Assembly: GCA_038087875.1 (NCBI GenBank)
Contig: CM075988.1
Span: 24,368,001-24,432,000, forward strand
DNA: 64,000 nucleotides
From: Malacoraja senta
Lineage: Eukaryota
Direction of reading: 5' to 3'
Below are positions 1 to 11,139 of this stretch, one piece after another. Under the pieces are notes generated by a model. It worked only from the letters and a program-made list of their open reading frames with translations. It ran no database searches and was not told the DNA's origin. Positions within the stretch are counted from its first letter, which is position 1. Each line of letters opens with the position of its first letter. A program made the translations under genes and the position numbers.

Positions 1-289
1 CATATATGCTTACGTATAGTTGTGAATGTTGTTCATTAAATAACTACAGTACTGATACTCCATATTAAGCGCATTGATTTGCCGTTAAAATGAATTCTGT
101 AATAACGTGTCAACGGCAGCAGTGACAATCGAACACTGCAGTTTTAATATTTCACGTGTTCACAATTTAATTAATCCATCTCTATGTATTAAAACAAATA
201 ATAACATTGGGAATTAAAACACATTTGATTGCATTCCATTATCAAACATAGTCAAAGTTCGCTCTGAAGACATTTCCAACACAATAGGG

Positions 290-1140
290 TCAGGGAGGGG
301 GGTGTGTGTGAATCAGTGCGGGGTGGATAGATGGCGGGGGTGGGGGGAGGGGGGGGTTAGAAGGCAGTCGGTGCAGAATGGATGGATTGAGGCAGGTGAA
401 TTAATATGTGTTAGTTGGAGTAGGTAAAAGTGTGAGGGGAGAGCACCGGGGATGTCAGTGGTGTTGAATGGGGGGGGGTTCAGTACGGGATGGATGGGGG
501 TAGACAAAAGTGCTGGAGAAACTCAGCGGGTGAGGCAGCATTTATGGAGAGAAGGAAATAGGCAACGTTTCGGGTCGAGACCCTTCTTCAGACTGTTCCC
601 CCCATTCTTTTTGAATGGGAGGATCAGTACAGGATGGATGGGGGGGGGAGATCAGCGCAGGATGAATGGGGGGGGGTCAGTACAGTGTGGATCGGAGGGT
701 CTGTGCAGGATGAATGGGAGATCACTACAGGATGACTGAGGGGAAGGGGGGAAGGTGCAGGGTAAATGGAAGGTGGGTCAGTACGGGATGAATGCGTGGA
801 TTAGTACAGGATGGATGGGGGATCAGTACAGGATGGATGGAGGAGAAGAGGAGGATGGATGGGAAAGGGGTAAGTACAGGGTGAGTTGGGGAACCAGTGT
901 AGGATGGATGGGGGGGTGGCAGGAGAATCAGTGCGAGGTGGATAGGGTGATCAGCGCAGGATGAATAGATGGGGGGGGGGGTAGATAGGGAGGGGAGCAC
1001 AGGGGATGTCAGTGAGGACTGAATAGAGGCGGGAATGGGGATCAGTGCGGGATGGAGTGGAGGGGTCCCAGGATAAGGGGGCGGAGGGGGCGTACAAGAG
1101 AGAGAGAGGGAGAGGGGGGGCGAGGTGGGGAGGAAGGAAG
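290..1140 (+). repeat. G-rich degenerate tandem repeat, unit ~GGGATCAGTACAGGATGGATGGGG
   Basis: CAGT(A/G)C(A/G)GGATG(G/A)AT recurs many times between G-runs; PLE fragment inserted at ~500-595. Confidence 0.8.
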
Positions 1141-1459
1141 GTCAGCGCTCCTCGGACAACATCGCCCCGCTGCCTTGGCCGTTGGGAACTCCTCGCCACC
1201 GCCTCCCTCCTCCGCCAGCCAACAGCAAGGTGCGGGGCCGGGCAGTGCAGCTCAGAGATCCTATAACTAAAGGTCTTTGGTGCAGCTGCTTCAGACGAGT
1301 TGGAGCGAATGACGGGCCCCGCACAGCGTCAGCAGCGGCCGCGACAGCGGCTCCACCGCCACCTCCTACCACCCCCCGCCCGCCCTGATAAGGTCCTCTG
1401 CTTGCAAACCCGCTAACAGCAATAACCGCTTTCAAAACAAATCCTCCCGCACGCCGAGG

Positions 1460-1564
1460 CCTCCCCCTCCCTCCCTCCCTCCCTCCCTCCCTCCCTCCCT
1501 CCCTCCCTCCCTCCCTCCCTCCCTCCCTCCCTCCCTCCCTCCCTCCCTCCCTCCCTCCTCCCGA
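1460..1564. repeat. (TCCC)n microsatellite
   Basis: Read directly. Confidence 0.98.
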
Positions 1565-2499
1565 CCTCGGAGTGCGGGAGGGTTTGTTTTTAAAGCGGTT
1601 ATCGCCGTTAGCGGAGTGGCAGGCAGCAGCCCTTATCAGGGCGGGCGGGGGGCGGGAGGAGGAGGAGATGGAGCCGCTATCGCGGCCGCTGCTGCCGCTG
1701 TGCGAAGCCCGTCATTCGCTCCGACCCTTCCTCACCCCGCACCTAGTATCTTTGCCCCGCAATACAGCCGTCATCGCCGACACAAAACATCGCGTTCCTT
1801 TTCTCCAGAGATGCTGCCTGACCCGCGGAGTTACTCCAGTTTTTTGTGTCTATCTTCGGTACAAACCAATATCTGGTTGCCAAGCCGGGCAAAATGACTC
1901 GGTGTTTAGATTGCCCGGCGGCGCTTTGAGTGGTCAGTGGCACCCGGGCAACCTCTAATTTCGAGCCCTGACATTATGCACATTTACATGCATAATGCAT
2001 AGTTGCATAGACGTGCACATAAGTCCAAACTGTCCCCTAAATGCACAAACACGTACAATGTGTGGACATCGTGCACACACCAAATGCATGTCGATGCAAA
2101 CACACCCGCATGCATGCTCTTGCATACATGACATGCACACAAATGTGTGCACACATACATGCACAAACGCACACACACAGACACAAACAAACACATACAC
2201 ACACATGCAGAATGTACAATATTGATGCACACACACAAACACAGGTTCTGAGGAAAGGTCTCTGATCTGAAGCATGAACTCTCCACGAATTCCGCCTGAC
2301 CTGCTGAGTACTCTCAGCAGTTTTTGCTTAAATGCTGGGCTTCTCCAGAGTGGTCTCAGCAGTGGAGTCAATGTTGATCACATCGATGGTCTCTTCTCAC
2401 AGATTGTGGGTGGCAGGATGGGATTTACTTCATGGCTACTGCCCTGGCCCTATCCGACTCTCTCTGCATTATCTGTAACTCTTCACTGAGCCCACAGCT

Positions 2500-2707
2500 A
2501 ACAATGGCCTGTTTCCTTTATCATCTTAACTTTCTTTGCATCTTTCATTTGTTCTACATCTCTCTACATCACCGTCTATATCTCCTGTTTTCCTTGCCCC
2601 CTGACTCTCAGTCTGAAGAAGGGTCTCGACCCGAAACGTTACCCATTACTTCTCTCCAGAGATGCTGCCTGTCCCGTTGAGTTACTCCAGCATTTTGTGT
2701 CTATCTT
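2500..2707 (+). mobile_element. Penelope-like terminal repeat
   Basis: CAGTCTGAAGAAGGGTCTCGACCCGAAACG...GATGCTGCCTGTCCCG...CCAGCATTTTGTGTCTATC. Confidence 0.8.
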
Positions 2708-3482
2708 GAAGCAACTTTGAAGTCAGGAATGTCAGAAATGTACGTCTGCTCAACTTTAAATCCATGCCAAAAGACTTTGTCAAACAGTAGGCATGTTTTT
2801 ATTTGTTGTGGAGACCGTGACCTGAAGGGGGAGCTGTGCCAGTTGTTCACTCTCTGCCTATGTCCAGTATTACAGCCCCAAGATACTCACAAATTACTCA
2901 GTCACTCAAATTTCTCAGGGCTGTCGTCAATCACTAATTACTTTGTTACAGTGTCTGCCATTGATTATTCTGTGACGTTCTCTGTAATTCAATTAATCTC
3001 TCTCTGCCAGGAGTAGGCCATTTAGGACTGAGATGAGGAAAAACTTTTTCACCCGGAGAGTTGTGAATCTGTGGAATTCTCTGCCACAGAAGGCAGTGGA
3101 GGCCAATTCACTGGATGTTTTCAAGAGAGAGTTACTGTCGATAGGGCTAATGGAATGAAGGGATATTGGGAGAGAAGCAGGAACGGGGTACTGATTTTGG
3201 ATGATCAGCCATGATCATATTGAATGGCGGTGCTGGCTCGAAGGGGCGAAAGGCCTACTCCTACACCTATTGTCTACGTTACTCACAAATTAGTGTTGCA
3301 GTCTGTTACTCACAGATCACTCTGGTACAAATCACTCAGTATCAGTTACTGTCACTGGTTACACTTCCACAGTTACTGACCTATTCTAATTATTTGGCAT
3401 TATGGTAACCATCACTCAGTAATTATACATGCAACAATCATAGTAACTCACTAATTATTACCAGATACTTATTGCTAGATAG

Positions 3483-3750
3483 ATAGACAAAAGTGCTGGA
3501 GAAACTCAGCGGGTGCAGCAGCATCTATGGAGCGAAGGAAATAGGCAACGTTTCGGGCCGAAACCCTTCTTCAGACTGATGTAGGGTGGGGTACGGGGGG
3601 ACGGGGAGAAGAAAGCAAAAATGAAGTGGAGGAGCCCGAGGGCTGAGGGAGAGCTGAGAAGGGGAGGAGACAGCAAGGGCTTCCGGAAATTGGAGAATTC
3701 AATGTTTATGCCACTAGGGTGCAGACTGCCCAAGCGGAATATGAGGGAAA
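3483..3750 (-). mobile_element. Penelope-like element 3' end
   Basis: LIFRLGSLHPSGINIEFSNFR plus the same terminal repeat as 19509-19956. Confidence 0.85.
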
Positions 3751-4653
3751 GCTTATTGCTAGACAGTTGTAGGCACAGTCTCTCTAAGTAATTAATGTTC
3801 ATTCAGTATAGAGCATTGAACATTATAGCGGAGGAAAGGTCTTGACCCGAAAAACATCATCCATTCAATAGACAATAGCCAATAGGTGCAGGAGATTCCT
3901 TCCCTCCAGAGATGCTGCCTGTCCTGCTGAGTTATATCAGCATTTTGTCTCTACCTTCGGTTTAAACCTGCATCCACAGTTCCTTCCTACATAGAACATT
4001 ATAGCACAGGAACTGGACCTTCAGCCCAACATGTCAACATTAACCAATTCAAATGATCCCATTTGAATGCACAAAATGTCCCTTTCCCTCCATTTCCTGT
4101 CTCAATGCCTCGTAAATATCTTCTGTTGTATCTGTTTCTACTACCTCCCCTGGCGATACATTCCATGTACCTAGCACACTATGTGTAAAAAATCTGCTTT
4201 TCAGATGTCCTTTAAACTTTCCCACTCTCACCTTAAACCTGTGCCCTCTAGTATTTGACATTGCCACCTTGGGAAAAGGCTGTGACTTATCTGATCATGT
4301 CTCTGCCCCTCATCATCGATACTTCCATCAGGTTACACCTGATCCTCCAACATTCCAAAGAGAACAATCCAAGTTTGTCCAATCCCTCATTGTAGATGCT
4401 TCAATACAGGCAATATACCCTTCTCCAAACCTTCTCCAAAGTCTCCCATTCCTTCCTATAATGTAGTGATCAGAACTGCACAAAACATTCCAAATGGGGC
4501 CTAAGCAAAGTGTTATAGAACTGCAACATGACTTGCCAAGTTTATACTCAATGCTAGAACCATGAAGGCAAGCATGCAATATGCCTTTTTCATCATGTTG
4601 TCTACTTATGTTGCCTCTCTTCGCGAGCTATGGACTTACATCCCAAGATCCCT

Positions 4654-4837
4654 TGTTTAAGAAAGAACTGCAGATGCTGGAAAGATCGAAGGTAGACAAA
4701 AATGCTGGAGAAACTTAGCGGGTGAGGCAGCATCTATGGAGCGAAGGAATAGGTGACGTTTCGGGTCCCGAAACGTCACCTATTCCTTCTCTCCATAGAT
4801 GCTGGCCTCACCCGCTGAGTTTCGCCAGCATTTTGTC
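4654..4837. mobile_element. Palindromic PLE-terminus insertion
   Basis: Inverted arms centred at 4766; TSD TCCCAAGATCCCT at 4641-4653 and 4838-4850. Confidence 0.85.
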
Positions 4838-5343
4838 TCCCAAGATCCCTAAGTACAACAAGTCTTGCCATGAGGTTATGGGAAGAAGGCAGGAGAATAG
4901 GGTTAGGAGGGAGAGATAGATCAGCCACGATTAAATGGCGGAGTAGACTTGGTGGGCCGAATGGCCTAATTCTCTCTTTTCCTTATGACCTTATGACCAT
5001 TTATCGTATGCTTTGCTCTTGCATTTCACCTTCCAAAATACATAATTTAAAGGTCTACTAATTAATCACTGCACTGCATTACCTAGTGCTATAGTGATTA
5101 TATCCGGTACTTACACCATTTTTTTCTCATTAATACTCACAAACTACCGAACATTACAATCATGTGCTGAATAAATTACTAATTATTTGTCATCATTCCT
5201 CAACCTGATTCGGTGTCACATTTATGATCATTCGCCTCTCGCTGCCCCTCACTCATTAGTCAATATTACAGTCAATGTCCCTCAGAGTTTCCTCTGCGTC
5301 AGAGCCTCACAAACTCCATCCTCACAAATGACAAAGCCCTCCA

Positions 5344-5884
5344 AACATAGAAACATAGAAAATAGGTACAGGAGGAGGCCATTCGGCCCTTCGAGCCAGC
5401 ACCGCCATTCATTGTGATCATGGCTGATCGTCCCCCAATCAATAACCCGTGCCTGCCTTCTCCCCATATCCCTTGATTCCACCAGCCCCTAGAGCTCTAT
5501 CTAACTCTCTCTTAAATCCATCCAGTGACTTGGCCTCCACTGCCCTCTGTGGCAGGGAAATTCCACAAATTCACAACTCTCTGGGTGAAAACGTTTTTTT
5601 CTCACCTCAGTCCTAAATGGCCTCCCCTTTATTCTAAGACCGTGGCCTCTGGTTCTGGACTCGCCCAACATTGGGAAATTTTTTCCTGCATCTAGCCTGT
5701 CCAGTCCTTTTATAATTTTATATGTTTCTATAAGATCTCCCCTCATCCTTCTAAACTCCAGTGAATACAAGCGTAGACTTTTCAATCTTTCCTCGTATGA
5801 CAGTCCCGCCATCCTAGGGATCAATCTCGTGAACCTACGCTGCACTGCCTCAATCACAAGGATGTCCTTCCTCAAATTAAGAGA
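5344..5884 (-). mobile_element. CR1 (HER1-like) LINE 3' fragment
   Basis: NLRKDILVIEAVQRRFTRLIP...YSLEFRRMRGDLIETYKIIKG; (TTTCTATG)n tail. Confidence 0.9.
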
Positions 5885-7000
5885 CCACTTCAGCCACCAT
5901 TGCTCCACAACGATTCTGTATTCTTGGTCCGGTGATAAAAGACACACGCTGTTCATGATACACCATGTACTAATAACTTATTCCCCAGTCACTATCACTC
6001 CTAATTGTGTAATGTTACACTCAACGCCCCTTAATAATTGCAAAGTGTCACACCCAAGGTTATTCACTAATTGCTCTGTGATACGCTGATTACCACTCTC
6101 CGGTTACTCAAAGCTATTGAGTCTGCTTCCAATGTCTTAATCCACCAGTGTTCCTAATAACTGTACAATCCACTTCTTTCTGCTCACCACTTATTGTTAC
6201 TATTACATACACCTACTGTATTAAACAGTCTCAGTGTGATAATCCCCATTGGCTGTAATCACTTCGCAGGGACGTGCGGTCAGGGGAGGCAGGGGAGGCA
6301 GAGCCTCACCTGTCATACTCCCAATGAAAATAGCTGTTAAGAAAAGTACAGAAAAATAATAATAAAATAAAATAAATATAAAGATTTTTCCACTGATCTG
6401 TGTTATAAATGTCATTTCTATATGAATCTAATCATTTTTTTTAGTCAAAATCGCCAAATTTTCGCAGCTCCGCTGCAAATACAGGGAGAGATGAGATGTG
6501 AGGCAGCGATGAGCTGAGCCTCCCCTCTGATTGTGCAACCCCTCAGAAACTGAATGGAGTGTGGGCAATAAGCGTGTGCCTGTGTACTATCTCTATGTAT
6601 GTCACAAATGTAATGTGTGTAAACCCCTTCATTACATGTTCTCGCCTTCCATAGTCCAGGTAGCTTATTTCACATATAAATATATTAAATTTAGGCTTGC
6701 TGGTCTCTTCATAAAACTGCAATGAAAAAGCAGCAGGGGAGGCAGCTATCTCGACTGCCTCACAAGGGGTCGTGTCTTGAGCCCAATGGAGGAAGAGCGA
6801 GCGTCAATTACGTAGGCTCACGTATCTCCATCGTGTTCTGTTTTTATTACTAAAGATGGTGCTGCGCTTGTCGCTAATCCTCCCACTACTCCCGAGTCCG
6901 CAAACTGCATTCTAGCATCCCGGTGGATTGTATGGACCACGTCTCAACCCCCTCTCCTTATTTTAGAAAATCACTGCTGCCCACTCAAGCCCTGTTACCC

Positions 7001-7291
7001 TTTAGACTTTAGAGATACAGCGCAGAAATAGGCCCATCGGCCCACCAAGCCTGTGCTGACTAGCGATCACCCTGCTTACCAACACCATCCTGCACACTAG
7101 GGGACAATTTACAGAAGTCAATTAACCTACAAACCAGTACGTCTTTGGAGTGTGGGAGGAAACTGGAGTGCCCGGAGAAAACCCACGCAGTCACAGGGAG
7201 AACGTGCAAACTCTGCACAGACCGCACCCGTAGATCCCGGGTGTCTGGCGCCGTGACGCAGTAACTCTACCGCTGCAACACTGTGCCGCCC
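7001..7291 (-). mobile_element. V-SINE (HE1-like)
   Basis: Reverse complement of the same head, V-domain and tail. Confidence 0.85.
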
Positions 7292-8989
7292 TAAATACCC
7301 ATCGCATGCATATTCCCGGAATCCTCGCATCTTTCTTCTCAACTTACACTCCAATCCCTCCAAAACCAATATATCCCAGAATTGCTCACATACTGCAGGG
7401 ATAAATGTTGTGTTTCCCTCCACAGATGCTGCCTGACCCGCTGAGTTCTTCCAGCAGTTTATATTTTTTTTGCTGGGTATTTTATCGGCCTGTTGCAACA
7501 ACTCGTACCATCTTTTACATTTCTCCGGGAACAAGTGCCAGGATTCCACCAGCCTTTCTGATGCTAATTCCAACTGTTAAATTTAATTCCCATTGTTAAA
7601 GAGAATGATTATTCCAGTTAGTGAGGTAAGGTTAATGGTTCAACAGTTCAACTGAACTGTTCTGTATTTTTGTGTACAATACTGTGTTGTGCTGCAGCAA
7701 GCAAGAATTTCATTGTCCTATCTGGGACACATGACGATAAACTCTCTTGACTTGAGATTGCGCACACTAGGTTCGTACACCCTGGAAACACAGAAGGTCA
7801 ATGATTAATGATTTCAATGTGTTAAGGGAAGTGGGAAGGGACAGGGAGGGAAATCTTTGCACTGGAATGGGGGCAAGCTATGCAAATAGAGCTTGTTGCT
7901 TAACGTTGTACACACATAATGTCCCAGAGTTTGGAGGTTTTTTCCCCACACACAAATGGCTATTAATGCCAGATCATTTAACATCGAAAAGTGAATAATT
8001 ATCGTAGCTGAGTGTTCAAGATTTATGGGCCAGAGATGAGTGTATCGAGTAATGTTACATGCCTGCCCTGGTGCCTCAGAGTGATGGTGCGGGTGGGAGA
8101 GAGCTGATACTGTCGCTCTCTATTGCCCTGTTACAACCCAGCTGCCCATCACTAATTAATTGATGATACAGCTACTGTTACTCAATAGGACAATCAAAAT
8201 ACCACTCACTCATTACGCTGCGTTACACTCACCTTAGCTCTCTGAATTCCGTGTGTGTCACCATATCATGTTCTGGGCCAAAGCTAATTATGGGTGTTAC
8301 CATTAACCTTACCTCACTAACTGCAATAATCATTCTCTTGTTTATTATTTCTCAGTCTGTCTCCCCCCCTCTGTCCTTCCCCTCCCTCTCTCCTATCTTC
8401 TCCTATCTCATCCTTCCCCACTCATTTTGACTCACCCTCCCCTCGTTCTGTCCTTTGAATTTCCTATTTTTTCTAACTGTTTCCCGACTCCTCTGCCATC
8501 ACACAATCTTCCTCGTATTCCTCCTTTCAATGTTTCAATGATATTTTATTTCAATGACTCAAAGCTAATTATTGGGGTGTCACCATTTCTGTACCTCACT
8601 GACTGCAATAGTCATTCTCTTGTTCATCTATTTCTCAGTCTGTCTCCCCCTCTCTGTCCTTCCCCTCCCTATCTCACATCTTCTTTCCCTGCCTCATCCC
8701 TCCACACTCCTTTTCACTCACCCTTCCCCTCTTTCTCTCCTTTGGATCGCCTATATTTGTTCCCATTGTTCCCAACTCTGCTGCCCTCACACCGTCTTTC
8801 TCATATTCCTTCTCTCCTTTTGTAACCAAGAGAAGAGTCAAGAGTGTTTTGTTGTCCTGTGTCCCAGATAGAACAGTGACATCCTTACTTGCTGCAGCAC
8901 AACAGGTTATGTAAACATAGCACACTGCAAACAATATAATAAACAAGAAGAAAAACAAATCTTTATCTCATTTCTCCCACTTTCTCTCT

Positions 8990-9450
8990 ATGTTTAGTTT
9001 AGTTTAGTTTAGAGATACAGTGCGGAAACAGGCCCTTCGGCCCGAGTCCGCACACACCAGCGATCCCCCGCACATTAACACTATCCTACACACACTAGGG
9101 ACAATTTACACTTACACCAAGCCAATTTCAGGGGTTTCAAGAGAGAGTTAGATTTCGCTCTTAGGCCTGAAGGAATCAAGGGATTATGGGGAAAAATCCG
9201 AAACAGAATACTGAATTTGGATGGTCGCTATGATCATATTGAATGGCGGTGTTGGCTCGAAGGGCTGAATGGCCCTCTCCTGCACCTATTTTCTATGTTT
9301 CTATGTTTTTAACCTACATACCTGTACGTCTTTGGAGTGTGGAAGGTAACGATGATCTCGGAGAAAACCCACGCAGGTCACGGGGAGAACGTACAAACTC
9401 CGTACAGATAGCACCCGTAGTCGGGAATGAACCGGGATCGCCAGGTTCAT
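8990..9450 (-). mobile_element. V-SINE split by a CR1 3' end (~9128-9309)
   Basis: SINE sequence breaks at CCAAGCCAATT and resumes at AACCTACATACCTGTACG. Confidence 0.85.
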
Positions 9451-9969
9451 GTAAAGGGTCGTGTAAAGGGTCAAGGGTTTGTGTCATGTTGGTGCAAAGG
9501 GTCTTGGTTACATCTCCTCCCCTCCTGCCTCAGTGCCTGAATGATTGTATCGGACCTGTTTCTCATCTTGCCTGTCCTATGGACCTAGACCTCCCAGGTC
9601 CACCAGATGTTCCTCATCAAGTCACACTGTCACCCCTGGTCTCACAGTAATCACAGCCTGTTGACAGCCTGAATTCCTTGCATCGTAGATACACTACCAG
9701 AGAGAAGCTGAAGTGATAATGAAAGAGTGACTCACCACTCTCACTTTGTGAGGTTTTCAACTCGATTATCTCCTCATAGCACAGAAAATAAAGTGTATTG
9801 GTTTGGTTAATTGGCTTATTCTTGTCACATGTAGCAAGATGCGGTGAAAAACCTTGTTTTGCTTGCTATCCAGGTAACCCAAACACATGATTACAATTAA
9901 ATCACACACAACTACAATGGGTAGTACAAAATGAGAGTGCAGAATATAATGTCATATCTACAGAGAAAG

Positions 9970-10328
9970 TCTTTAGATTTTAGAGATACAGCGCAGAAAC
10001 TGGTCCTTTGCTCCACTGAGTCTGTGCCGGCCAGCGATCCCCGTACATTAACAATATCCCTCGACAATTTACAATTTTACCGGAGCCAATCAACCTACAA
10101 ACCTGAAATGCTGGAGTAACTCAGCGGGACAGGCGGCATCTCTGGAGAGAAGGAACGGGTGACGTTTCGGGTCGAGACCCTTCTTCATTTTGTGTCTACC
10201 TTCGATTTAAACCAGCATCTGCAATTCTAAACTACAAACCTGTATGTCTTTGCACCTGCAGCCAGGATCGAACCCGGGTCTCTGGAGCTGTAGATCAACA
10301 ACTCTGCCTCTGCGCCACCGTGCTGCCC
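9970..10328 (-). mobile_element. V-SINE split by a PLE insertion (10106-10231)
   Basis: CTACAAACCTG duplicated at 10095-10105 and 10232-10242. Confidence 0.85.
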
Positions 10329-10807
10329 AAAGTGTAGATCAAGAAATGCAAGGGCAGCAATAAGGTTGGTTGGGAGATCAAGAATACATCCTTGCCTCTG
10401 TTCAAGAGTTTGATAACAGTGGGATGAGGCTGTTTGGGATTGCATTGGTACAGCACCTATAACACCATCTCAAAGTACTTTATAGTATTGATGTTTAGAA
10501 TTGCAGTTACTGACGTAACAGGATAAAGTTAGCACATTACAAGGATTGATGATGGCCTGAACGCTGAGAGTAAATCTCCCACACATCTTCAAAATAATGT
10601 GGAACACGTTGCATGCACCAACACAACAAACCAGGTCTTGGTTTAAAGGCAAAACCAAAAGACGGTACTACACTTTCTTAAAACGGCCCAGATTTTTATG
10701 ATCATTTAACTGGACTGGGAATGGCACCACCATTTCTTGATTTGGAGGGAGTGCGTTACCTACTAGGACCAGAGGGCACAGCCTCAGAATATAAGGTCAT
10801 ACTTTTA

Positions 10808-11139
10808 AAGCCCTGTCCCACGGTTCGAGTTCATTCCAAGAACTCTCCCGAGTTTGCCCTGATTCGAACTCGGAGATTTACGGTAATGGCCGCTCGTCGG
10901 CACTCGGGGCAATTGTGGACATTTTTCAACATGTTGAAAAATCTTCACGAGTCTTCCCGAGCTTACCTGCCGTTAGCGAGTCTGCCCGAGTACCTGCCAT
11001 TAGCGTTACGAGCCGCTAAGAGACGTCCCCGAGCTCCGATGTACCCGCTACGTTCATTCTCCGTGCTTACCACGAGTTTGATTTTTTTTTTAAACTCGGG
11101 AGAGCTCTTGGATTGAACTCGTACCGTGGGACAGGGCTA
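10808..11139. mobile_element. PIF/Harbinger-type MITE, family A, inserted in a CR1 3' end
   Basis: TIRs of ~45 bp, AGCCCTGTCCCACGG...CCGTGGGACAGGGCT; opposite orientation to the copies at 13390 and 15695. Confidence 0.8.

Larger units (their letters stand above)
1..1970. mobile_element. Probable right part of a non-autonomous DNA transposon with a hAT-like end
   Basis: Ends ...AATTTCGAGCCCTG (reverse complement CAGGGCTCGAAATT) with subterminal CCGGGCAA motifs; the other end would lie outside the window, so no TSD can be checked. Confidence 0.4.

Noticed and set aside
1955..2371. Cys/Val- and His/Thr-rich ORFs
   Set aside because: Degenerate (CA)n low-complexity sequence.
6268..6780. hAT-like start CAGGGACGTGCGGTCAGGGGAGGCA
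   Set aside because: No matching right TIR or TSD found, so boundaries cannot be supported.
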